47,947 bases of DNA from Patescibacteria group bacterium (lineage in GTDB: Bacteria > Patescibacteriota > Minisyncoccia > UBA6257 > UBA9933). A program made the translations under genes and the position numbers. The first letter of the stretch is position 1, and every line of letters begins with the position of its first letter. This document shows positions 1 through 7,062 of the stretch, piece after piece. Where the stretch lies: NCBI GenBank assembly GCA_031432155.1, contig JASJPP010000030.1:1-47947 (forward strand). The letters are read 5' to 3'. The notes beneath the pieces were generated by a model. The model did no database searches, had not been told where the DNA came from, and saw nothing but the letters and a program-made list of their open reading frames with translations.

Positions 1-54
1 GGACGCGAGATTCCGGATCTCGTAATGGGGGTTCGATTCCTCCCGAGGGCACCA
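1..54 (+). tRNA. tRNA-Arg(CCG), 3' portion only (5' end lies upstream of the window)
   Basis: Anticodon stem-loop cgaga/ttCCGga/tctcg at 6-22, T-arm ggggg-ttcgatt-cctcc, acceptor 3' strand and encoded CCA ending at 54. Confidence 0.75.
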
Positions 55-180
55 ATATCAACGAAATTAGGAAAAAATCAGAATCGCCAAAGAGATGCCG
101 CGGGGCGATATTCCGCGCTTGCGACAATTGAAAAATTGGCAAATACGCTGGGAGCTTCAGTTGATGAGTTATTGAAATAA
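55..180 (+). pseudogene. N-terminally truncated XRE-type helix-turn-helix remnant abutting the tRNA 3' end
   Basis: Frame 1 reads ISTKLGKNQNRQRDAAGRYSALATIEKLANTLGASVDELLK*. The C-terminal LATIEKLANTLGASVDELL resembles the last helices of Cro/C1-type HTH domains. The only in-frame ATG lies inside the tRNA. Confidence 0.3.
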
Positions 181-182
181 TT

Positions 183-965
183 ATGGATAAAAAATACCTG
201 ACAATAATAATCGGGGTTGTCCTTATTGTCGCCGCAGTAGCGACATATTGGTGGCAACGCGGCGACGCGCTTTTGACGCAACCACCCTCGGATAACCAAA
301 ACAACATCTCTCTCGCGCAAGAACTTTCCGCATGCAACGCGATTCCTTATAAATCTATACAGGAAGTAGCGGACACATCCCGTCTTTTTATTAATCTCCC
401 CAAGAGTATTTATCCCAAAGACATTATTTCCTCCTTTATTACGGTGCGCGGAAACGCAACCGCCGGATGGGTATCTAACGGGGGACTCCCAGGCGAAGGA
501 CTCGCGGCAACCCCGGAGTGTTGGTCTACATACTACGAATTTGACGGGAACGGGGAAGTTGATTTGAGAGTAAAAAGCACGAGAAAAGACATGCCTGATT
601 ATTTCGTGCGCTTTTTCGTTGGTCAGGGGCAAAGACGAGCGCATTTATACGAGAACTGCGCAAAAACAGAGATTCCGCCAAGCGATGACACCAATTTCGA
701 TCCCGAGAAAAGAATCGTCACGCTTTATTATGGGGACGAAAAGTTGCAGGATGGCGGCATGTTCGAACTTCCCTATGAACCGGAAACCGATTTTACGGGA
801 TGTTCGGGCTCCGCTAAATCATTTCTTAAACACATTCAGGAAACCGTCATTCCGCCAGAAAAAGAAGCTGTTTTCTGCACGCAAGAGGCGAAGCTTTGTC
901 CAGACGGTTCATATGTCGGCCGCACCGGCCCAAATTGTGAATTCACTTCGTGTCCCGGAGAATAA
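183..965 (+). CDS. hypothetical membrane-anchored exported protein with C-terminal 4-Cys module
   Basis: 260-aa ORF with an N-terminal TM/signal anchor (LTIIIGVVLIVAAVATYWW). C-terminus is CTQEAKLCPDGSYVGRTGPNCEFTSCP. The overlapping minus ORF 78..644 has no comparable features. Confidence 0.65.
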   Translation: MDKKYLTIIIGVVLIVAAVATYWWQRGDALLTQPPSDNQNNISLAQELSACNAIPYKSIQEVADTSRLFINLPKSIYPKDIISSFITVRGNATAGWVSNGGLPGEGLAATPECWSTYYEFDGNGEVDLRVKSTRKDMPDYFVRFFVGQGQRRAHLYENCAKTEIPPSDDTNFDPEKRIVTLYYGDEKLQDGGMFELPYEPETDFTGCSGSAKSFLKHIQETVIPPEKEAVFCTQEAKLCPDGSYVGRTGPNCEFTSCPGE

Positions 966-1000
966 TTATCTATGAAAAAATCACATTAATTCAATAGCCA

Positions 1001-2584
1001 TTACGGCTTGATAATCGTTTCTTCGCCGCCCAAACCGCTTATCACTTCAATAAAATTATTATCAAGATCGGCGCCGGTCTTAATTCTGATCTCTTTTATA
1101 ATCCCCAATCCTCCAAAAACCTTAACGTATTTTTCGTTATTTTTTTCGTAAATGAAATTATTTGGAATTTTCAAAGAATCTTCTTTGAAAAGAGTCAGGA
1201 AATCCAGATCGGCGGTCATGCCGGCCAATACCGATTCGTCAGCTTCTTCTAATTGAATATTAACGCGATAAGACGTGTCGTTGTCGTCAATGATTTCCTG
1301 CGGCTCAATGGAGGTTATTATTCCTTTGATTTTTTTGTCCGGCAAAGCGTCGAATCTGATCAAAACGCTGTTGCCGATGCTAATTTTTCTGATATCTTCT
1401 TCCGGAACGTCAACTTGAAGTTTTTGCTTAAGAGTGGATAACGAAATCACGGACTGGCCGATTTTAAACAGCTCGCCCGGCTCCAGCCAGATTTTTTTCA
1501 CGATCAATTCATCGGTGGTGGAAGGAGCGCGGAGCGTCGATTTACGGATCTTTTCCCCGAAAATATCTATCTGGCGCTCAATTGTTCTTATCTCGGCGCG
1601 GTTTGCTTCAATATCTTCATTGCGGGTCCCGGATTTTTTAAAATCAAGCTCCCGCCGGGCGAGAGAAAGAGCGGATTCGGCGCTGTTTAAATTTTTTTCA
1701 GCGGTTTCCACGCCCAAAGCCACGGCGTTGACGTCAGCACGGCTGACGGCGATATCAATCCTCCACGAACTAAGAGTTGTCAACGGCAAATTATCGCTGG
1801 CCGAGGCGCCATTAACGGCAAAAGCGAGTTTATCCAAAAAATTTCTTATTTTTTCCAGATGTTCTTTCGCTTCTTTAATAAAGGGGGTTAGTTCGCCGGA
1901 GATCGACAGCTTGCCGAGCGATAATTTCCATGTTTTTAAAATATTTTCAATCTCCACCCGATTCGCTTTAATTTCCGCTTCCAAAGTAAAATTTTCAAGC
2001 TTGGAAGAATCCAATGCGAATTTCAGCAAAGGATCATTGCTTTGAGGCAACGTAAAAAGGCGATCGGCTTTGTTTCTGACGGCGTTGTCGGCTCTGGTAT
2101 AAGAATCTTTGATTGTTTCCGCCAGATTTTTTTTCGCGTCCTCCAGCGTTACTTCGGCGTTTTTAACCTGCGTTTCCGAAACATCAATATCTTCTTTTGT
2201 CGGCCCGGCTATTAATTTTTTTAAATTAGCCCTGCTTTGATCGGTTAAGGCGCGAAGGCGATTTATTTCCAATTCAAAATCTATTGTTTCCAGTTTTATC
2301 AAAAGATCGTCGATCTTAACAATATCTCCTTCTTTGACGAAAACCGTTTCCACTGTTCCGGAAAACGGAAATTCCAGTGAAAAATCTTTTTTTGCCACAA
2401 TTCTGCCGTCTTCAACTTGTAAAATTTTTTGAACAGATCCTCTTTGGATGACGAGTGTTTCGGGAAGCAATTCTTTTTTGCCTTTTCCCAAAAAATAAGT
2501 GGTTGTCGCCGGCCAAATAAGCGCGGCGGCGGTAATTATCGCCAGCGCGCCGAGAAATATCAACGCAAGATATATTTTCCTCAT
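1001..2584 (-). CDS. HlyD-family periplasmic adaptor (membrane fusion protein) of an ABC exporter
   Basis: N-terminal TM, lipoyl-like hairpin (VFVKEGDIVKIDDLLIKLE), long coiled-coil region, C-terminal beta-barrel region. Last gene of the permease-ATPase-adaptor operon. Confidence 0.8.
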   Translation of the reverse strand: MRKIYLALIFLGALAIITAAALIWPATTTYFLGKGKKELLPETLVIQRGSVQKILQVEDGRIVAKKDFSLEFPFSGTVETVFVKEGDIVKIDDLLIKLETIDFELEINRLRALTDQSRANLKKLIAGPTKEDIDVSETQVKNAEVTLEDAKKNLAETIKDSYTRADNAVRNKADRLFTLPQSNDPLLKFALDSSKLENFTLEAEIKANRVEIENILKTWKLSLGKLSISGELTPFIKEAKEHLEKIRNFLDKLAFAVNGASASDNLPLTTLSSWRIDIAVSRADVNAVALGVETAEKNLNSAESALSLARRELDFKKSGTRNEDIEANRAEIRTIERQIDIFGEKIRKSTLRAPSTTDELIVKKIWLEPGELFKIGQSVISLSTLKQKLQVDVPEEDIRKISIGNSVLIRFDALPDKKIKGIITSIEPQEIIDDNDTSYRVNIQLEEADESVLAGMTADLDFLTLFKEDSLKIPNNFIYEKNNEKYVKVFGGLGIIKEIRIKTGADLDNNFIEVISGLGGEETIIKP

Positions 2585-2590
2585 GTTTAT

Positions 2591-3334
2591 TTATTTTAAC
2601 ATGGTTTCGGTTTTTATGCTTTCAATTCTATCTATCCGGCCGTCTTGAAGAACAACCATTCTGTCCGCCTGTCTGGCGTAAGCTTCTTCGTGAGTCACTA
2701 AAATAATCGTTTTTTTGAAGCGCAAATTAATGTCGCGCAAAAGAGAAATGAGGTTTTGGCTGTTTTTAGAATCCAAATGCGCCGTTGGTTCGTCCGCTAA
2801 AATAATGGTTGAATCCTTAGCTATGGCCCGTCCCGCGGCGATTCTTTGCTGTTCGCCGCCGGAAAGCACCTGGGGATAAAGATCGGCCAAGGCCTTGAGC
2901 CCCAAAAAATCCAAAACCTCAAAGGCTTTTTTTCTGGCTGGCCGGCCGCCGTAACCTTGAAGCTGCAACTGGAAAACAATGTTTTCCAGGGCGGTATAAT
3001 TGTCTATCAAATTAAAAAATTGAAAAATAAAGGCGGTGGACTTCAAGCGCAAATCTTCTTTTTCTTTTTCATTTAATTCGCCGACATTGCGATCGCCGAT
3101 CCAAATTTCGCCCTTGTCCGGTTTATCAATCAAGCCGATTAAATTCAGCAGGGTGGTTTTGCCGGAGCCGGAATGGCCGGTGATGGCCAAAAATTCGCCG
3201 GCGTAAACATCCAAGGTCACGCCCTGAAGAGCGGTGTTGATGTTGCCTTCGTGAATTTGATATTCCCTGACAACGTTTTTAATTCTGATAATCGGCTGGC
3301 GGCCGCCGGAAAAAATTTCATTCATAAAAATCAA
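2591..3334 (-). CDS. ABC transporter ATP-binding protein (MacB/LolD-like)
   Basis: Walker A GHSGSGKTT, signature LSGGEQQR, Walker B ILADEPTAHLD. The TTG at 3334 overlaps the permease stop; alternative ATG start at 3325. Confidence 0.9.
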   Translation of the reverse strand: MIFMNEIFSGGRQPIIRIKNVVREYQIHEGNINTALQGVTLDVYAGEFLAITGHSGSGKTTLLNLIGLIDKPDKGEIWIGDRNVGELNEKEKEDLRLKSTAFIFQFFNLIDNYTALENIVFQLQLQGYGGRPARKKAFEVLDFLGLKALADLYPQVLSGGEQQRIAAGRAIAKDSTIILADEPTAHLDSKNSQNLISLLRDINLRFKKTIILVTHEEAYARQADRMVVLQDGRIDRIESIKTETMLK

Positions 3335-4524
3335 ACGCTTCCCCTGATAACGTCGACGATGTTCGTTTTGGCCGCCACATAAGCCGGCACAATGCTTCCG
3401 CCGATGGAAGCGGCGATTAAAATAATCAAAGAATTAATAAAATTATTGAAATTGAAAGCCGTGCGGAAATCTCCGATAAGCATGGGGTTAGGATTTTCAA
3501 TGGAATAAAAATGAATAAGCATAAATATCAAAAAACCGAGCGTGTAAGACAAAACGGAATAAATCGCCGCCTCAAAAATATAAATGCCGACTACAAAACG
3601 ATTGCTGGCCCCCATTGATTTAATGATGCCGAGCTGCTTTCTTTTCTGTAAAACATTGATGAAAATAACGATGCTGGTTATTAAAAAAACCGAGGCGACC
3701 ATCAGCTTGCTGATAAGACCGGTAATAAAAGAAACGGCTGTGATGATGTCATCGATAAAGCCGGATTTTTCATGCCATGTGGCCACGCTGACGCTCAAAT
3801 TTTTATTTTTGATTAACTCTTTGGTTTCTTCGATTTTATCGGGGTCTTTCAATCTAACGACGATCTCGCTGTTTTTTTTCGTATCGTCTAATTTTTCCAA
3901 TTCTTTTTTGGGTAAAACCATTATCAGGTTCGGAAGAAATGTTTTGGCGTCAATAATGCCGGCCACTTTGTAATCTTTCTTTTTCCCTTTTGTGGTGGAG
4001 ACCTCGACTTTTTCTCCGATTTCAATTATTTTTTTGTCAAACTCCTCTTCTTTTACGCCGTCGGCCAGCGTAATCCCGAAAACGGCGTTTTTCGGCTTGG
4101 AAGACTTGATAAATTCTCCGCTCGTGATTCGATAAGGCAAACTTGTTGTTTCGCCCTCGTTAAACTCATTGACGCCCATTGCCCGATAAGGAATAAACGT
4201 TCGATCGTCGTACTTAATAGATATCATGGCGTAGCTGCGGATACTGAACGACTCAACGTTTTCAATGGAATTCAGCGCCTCAACAACATCGTCAACGTTT
4301 TTAATTGAGTTTCGATCGCCGCTCGGGGCAATAACCAAATGACTCAACCAGCCGACTGCTCCGTCAACCAGCGTTTGTTTGAACCCGTCAAGAATACTTG
4401 TTGACAAAAGCATCGCCGCAAAAGCGGCGCTTAAACTTATTACCGTTAAAACCAAAACAACCCGGCTCTTGGAAACGTCGCGAAAGGCGTAAGAAACAAG
4501 AACAAAAAAACGGTTTAATGACAT
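3331..4524 (-). CDS. ABC transporter permease, FtsX/MacB-like
   Basis: 397 aa: TM1, a large extracytoplasmic domain, then 3 C-terminal TM helices. Directly upstream of and overlapping the ATPase gene. Confidence 0.8.
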   Translation of the reverse strand: MSLNRFFVLVSYAFRDVSKSRVVLVLTVISLSAAFAAMLLSTSILDGFKQTLVDGAVGWLSHLVIAPSGDRNSIKNVDDVVEALNSIENVESFSIRSYAMISIKYDDRTFIPYRAMGVNEFNEGETTSLPYRITSGEFIKSSKPKNAVFGITLADGVKEEEFDKKIIEIGEKVEVSTTKGKKKDYKVAGIIDAKTFLPNLIMVLPKKELEKLDDTKKNSEIVVRLKDPDKIEETKELIKNKNLSVSVATWHEKSGFIDDIITAVSFITGLISKLMVASVFLITSIVIFINVLQKRKQLGIIKSMGASNRFVVGIYIFEAAIYSVLSYTLGFLIFMLIHFYSIENPNPMLIGDFRTAFNFNNFINSLIILIAASIGGSIVPAYVAAKTNIVDVIRGSV

Positions 4525-4594
4525 AAAAAAAGAGAAGCGCGATTATTTCTTTTATTATAAATCATTTAAGCAAATGAACGAAAACGAAAAATGA

Positions 4595-4918
4595 TTACCG
4601 CAAAAATTCCCAGACAAAAAATCCGAAAACAACGATCGCGGAAAAAATCGTTGACCAAAACAAAATTTTTAATCCCCGCGCGACGCCAGCCGATCCGTCG
4701 CCTGCTTCGCGCCGGAAAATCCAGCCGCCAAAACCGACTGCCAGAAAAACAAAAATCGCTACAACTCCTTTGCCTATCCAGTGATGGCTAAAAAGCTGTT
4801 TTAACAAATCTTTAAGAGGGCCGTAGAGATCGGCAACAACGGTTAATAAGGTTGTTGTCAAAACCGCCGCAACCGCTCCCCTGATAAACGCTTTAATGAT
4901 CGTTGTTTTTTTATTCAT
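4595..4918 (-). CDS. small integral membrane protein, function unknown
   Basis: 107 aa with about 3 hydrophobic helices. Same strand as, and tightly packed with, the neighbouring genes. Confidence 0.6.
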   Translation of the reverse strand: MNKKTTIIKAFIRGAVAAVLTTTLLTVVADLYGPLKDLLKQLFSHHWIGKGVVAIFVFLAVGFGGWIFRREAGDGSAGVARGLKILFWSTIFSAIVVFGFFVWEFLR

Positions 4919-4921
4919 AAT

Positions 4922-5389
4922 TTATCCGCTTTTAATGTTGGCGGCGCCGGAAATCGCCATTCCCATCAAAACAATAAAAAGCCCCAAAACAAACGCGGCG
5001 CCGGCCGTCAAAATCAAATATCTTTTTAATTTTTCATCGGCCAAAATTTCCGATTCCAAAAACCAAATCGCCAAAGCCAAAACAATCGCCAGAAACGGCA
5101 AAAAAAGAAAAACGTGTTCTTTGGCCTCCATTAAAACATTGTGAATCCACGGATAACCGCTTTTTTTGATAATCGGCTTTACCGCTTGGCCGTAGTAAAC
5201 CGCGTAATAATAGCCGCCGGTAAACCACGACAAAAAAATACCGATGACGCCGGCCAAAGAAAAAAAACGCAGAGAAGAAAAATTAAGCCGGCTTTTTAAA
5301 AGATTGACCAAGACCGCGTAAAAAGCCGCGACGGCGATTAGCCCGACAACAATATGAACGATCAAATTAATTTTTAACGCGAGGCTCAT
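4922..5389 (-). CDS. integral membrane protein, function unknown
   Basis: 155 aa, 4-5 predicted TM helices. TM1 carries VHIVVG, similar to the SHIIGV in TM1 of the upstream neighbour. Confidence 0.6.
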   Translation of the reverse strand: MSLALKINLIVHIVVGLIAVAAFYAVLVNLLKSRLNFSSLRFFSLAGVIGIFLSWFTGGYYYAVYYGQAVKPIIKKSGYPWIHNVLMEAKEHVFLFLPFLAIVLALAIWFLESEILADEKLKRYLILTAGAAFVLGLFIVLMGMAISGAANIKSG

Positions 5390-5867
5390 AAAAATATTTT
5401 ACCGCGAAAACCGCGATTAAAACAGCCGCCAAATAAACGCCGACGATCGAAAAGAAAGAAGCGTCGAGCGTTCGCCAAGCGCCGAGGATAAGCGCCGCGT
5501 ACCACGAGACCAAAGAAAGCGGGCTGCTTACCGAATAAGAAATGATTTTTGCCTGAACCAAGAGCGGATTAAAAATAATCACCAAAACAATCAAGAGTTT
5601 GGCTATAAAATTGTCGGTGTAAATCGTTTCCGGAGCGACTCCCTCCATCCGATACAAAAGCAAAAGCCCGAAGCCGGACAAAATCAAAATAAAAAGCCCC
5701 GAACGAATAAAAAAATAAATCGTTTTTAAAAAATCGTTTTCAGTTTCGTTAATCACTCCGTCTTTTAGGGCCTTGATTGAAAAAACCTCCGCCATCGTCG
5801 CGCCGCCGGCGCCGAAAACCACGCCGATAATATGGCTGATCACCAAAAACGAATGCCAATCCATCAA
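5367..5867 (-). CDS. integral membrane protein, function unknown
   Basis: 166 aa, multiple TM helices. Overlaps the next gene by 23 nt. Confidence 0.6.
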   Translation of the reverse strand: MMDWHSFLVISHIIGVVFGAGGATMAEVFSIKALKDGVINETENDFLKTIYFFIRSGLFILILSGFGLLLLYRMEGVAPETIYTDNFIAKLLIVLVIIFNPLLVQAKIISYSVSSPLSLVSWYAALILGAWRTLDASFFSIVGVYLAAVLIAVFAVKYFYEPRVKN

Positions 5868-5881
5868 TTAATTATAACAAA

Positions 5882-6322
5882 TTAATCCAAAACCGCAATT
5901 TTCGCCCGGACAATACCGAATTTCACCGCTTCTTCTTTGGTGGACATCCAAACGTCCACAAACTCGGTTTTGCGCCGATGCATCCGGTCTTCAACGATAA
6001 AAACTTTGTCGCCGGTCACCTCGGGGATAATCACGCGCGTGCCAAAAGGCAAAAAATTAGCCGCCAAAACGCCGTCTTTCGTTTCTTTCCCGGAAGCGGT
6101 GATAAAAGGGGTATCGTCGGTTTCCTCCGGCGTGCTGGAATAAGCGGTTACCCACACCTCGTGAACCTCTTTAATAACAGGGGGGGGCTCGCTCTTTTTG
6201 AGCTCGTTTTCTTTTGGCGCCGCAAACGAAGACGCATAATCGACATTAGCGTTGGATTCTCCGATAACCAACGGCTGAGCCGCCAAAGCCAAAGATAAAA
6301 ACAATAAAAAAATGTGGTTCAT
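5882..6322 (-). CDS. secreted 3D-domain protein (MltA/RlpA-like double-psi beta-barrel; cell-wall associated)
   Basis: Signal peptide MNHIFLLFLSLALAA, then VWVTAYSS..ETDDTPFITASG...FGTRVIIPE...FIVEDRM...FVDVWM, typical of 3D domains. Confidence 0.75.
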   Translation of the reverse strand: MNHIFLLFLSLALAAQPLVIGESNANVDYASSFAAPKENELKKSEPPPVIKEVHEVWVTAYSSTPEETDDTPFITASGKETKDGVLAANFLPFGTRVIIPEVTGDKVFIVEDRMHRRKTEFVDVWMSTKEEAVKFGIVRAKIAVLD

Positions 6323-6331
6323 AAATTTTCC

Positions 6332-6365
6332 AAAATAAAATACCCCTCGCGGGGTACTTTATTTT
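6332..6365 (-). promoter_or_regulatory. 5'-terminal stem-loop of the 3D-gene mRNA (15 bp, GCGA tetraloop, followed by a U-run); stabiliser or attenuator
   Basis: aaaataaaatacccc/tcgc/ggggtactttatttt. On the minus-strand RNA the single mismatch becomes G-U and the loop reads GCGA (GNRA). It starts at the predicted TSS and ends 9 nt before the ATG. Confidence 0.5.
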
Positions 6366-6371
6366 CATTGT

Positions 6372-6400
6372 ATTTTATAAAAACAAAATCAATTTGTCAA
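6372..6400 (-). promoter_or_regulatory. sigma70-type promoter TTGACA-17-TAAAAT for the 3D/membrane/ABC gene string
   Basis: Minus strand reads TTGACA (6400-6395), a 17-nt spacer, then TAAAAT (6377-6372). Confidence 0.6.
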
Positions 6401-6483
6401 TACTTGACTTTTTTATAAAATAATTGCCAAATATTAAAATATGGATTAAAAACAGCGTAAAAACAGGCCTTTATTAATCTTTT

Positions 6484-6526
6484 AAAATGTTTAACAGGCT
6501 GGTAAGCGCATGAAACCTACGTTTTT
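6484..6526. repeat. 43-bp direct repeat, copy 1
   Basis: aaaatgtttaacaggctggtaagcgcatgaaacctacgttttt, identical to 6569-6611. Contains TGTTTAAC and ATGAAACC half-motifs. Confidence 0.95.
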
Positions 6527-6568
6527 AACAAAACTTGACAAAATGTGTAAAAAAGTGTGAAACATCGG

Positions 6569-6611
6569 AAAATGTTTAACAGGCTGGTAAGCGCATGAAA
6601 CCTACGTTTTT
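6569..6611. repeat. 43-bp direct repeat, copy 2
   Basis: Perfect copy of 6484-6526, 85 bp downstream. Confidence 0.95.
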
Positions 6612-6631
6612 GTAAAATTTAGTGTTTCGAG

Positions 6632-6730
6632 TGTTGGTCGTGAAACATTTTACGCAACTTTTGTGCACAATGTTGGTCGTGAAACATTTTACGCAACTTT
6701 TGCGCACAATGTTGGTCGTGAAACATTTTA
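6632..6730. repeat. 39-bp tandem repeat, 2.5 copies, each beginning with the parS-like 16-mer TGTTGGTCGTGAAACA
   Basis: Units start at 6632, 6671 and 6710 (partial). Unit is tgttggtcgtgaaacattttacgcaacttttg[t/c]gcacaa, with one substitution between the full copies. Confidence 0.95.
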
Positions 6731-6796
6731 TCAATAAAATTTTGGTATTTTTACTGAAATCAAGTTATAATTATAAGAAATCGACATTGTTTACAT

Positions 6797-6824
6797 TTCA
6801 CAACAACGATTAGCTTTCTATAAT
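6797..6824 (+). promoter_or_regulatory. candidate promoter TTCACA-16-TATAAT in front of the structured RNA
   Basis: TATAAT at 6819-6824, 3 nt before the base of the closing helix. Weak -35 TTCACA at 6797-6802. Confidence 0.45.
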
Positions 6825-6826
6825 AA

Positions 6827-7032
6827 CCTCCCCGAAACTTCCCCTTAGCCGGCATTGCGAGGGTTAACGATAAATCAACGAGCGCAGGGAAGATTTTTTG
6901 AGAATAAATTCAACGGTCGGAAAATCCCGAAGGGAGGAACGGGCACCGTTGAATTTATTCAAAAAATCAACCGGAGCGAATATGTATTTATTTAACCCGA
7001 GCATCTGTCGGGGAGGGGAAGTTTCGGGGAGG
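6827..7032 (+). ncRNA. structured ~206-nt RNA with rod plus central-bubble architecture (6S-RNA-like candidate, or a long structured yraN leader)
   Basis: Perfect 18-bp closing helix 6827-6844/7015-7032. Further helices 6849-6854/7006-7011 (one G-U), 6861-6867/6992-6998 and 6870-6875/6986-6991. Unpaired 18/19-nt bubble 6876-6893 vs 6967-6985. 22-bp terminal stem 6894-6917/6945-6966 with a 27-nt loop. Confidence 0.5.
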
Positions 7033-7062
7033 TGGAATAACTTATTAAAAATACAATATTTT

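Noticed and set aside
78-644. 188-aa minus-strand ORF
   Set aside because: It is antisense to the better-supported 183..965 gene, which has a signal anchor and a Cys module. It also overlaps the HTH remnant, and it has no recognisable motifs or start context.
6632-6730. Possible CRISPR array
   Set aside because: The 39-bp units are directly tandem with no unique spacers between them. There are only 2.5 copies, and no cas genes are present in the window.
6619-6813. Repeat-encoded ORFs: the track ORF 6622..6813 (+), MFRVLVVKHFTQLL..., and a 35-aa minus-strand ORF 6619..6726, (MFHDQHCAQKLRK)x2.5
   Set aside because: Because the repeat period is 39 bp (13 codons), any stop-free frame yields a periodic ORF. 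Neither ORF has an RBS or leaderless promoter geometry, and the peptides are simple reiterations. They are treated as artefacts of the DNA repeat.
6827-7032. Identity of the structured RNA as RNase P RNA, SRP (4.5S) RNA or tmRNA
   Set aside because: It is too short for RNase P RNA and lacks GAGGAAAGUCC-type motifs. It has no SRP domain IV GGAA tetraloop / AGCA loop pattern. It has no tRNA-like acceptor/T-arm ends as in tmRNA.
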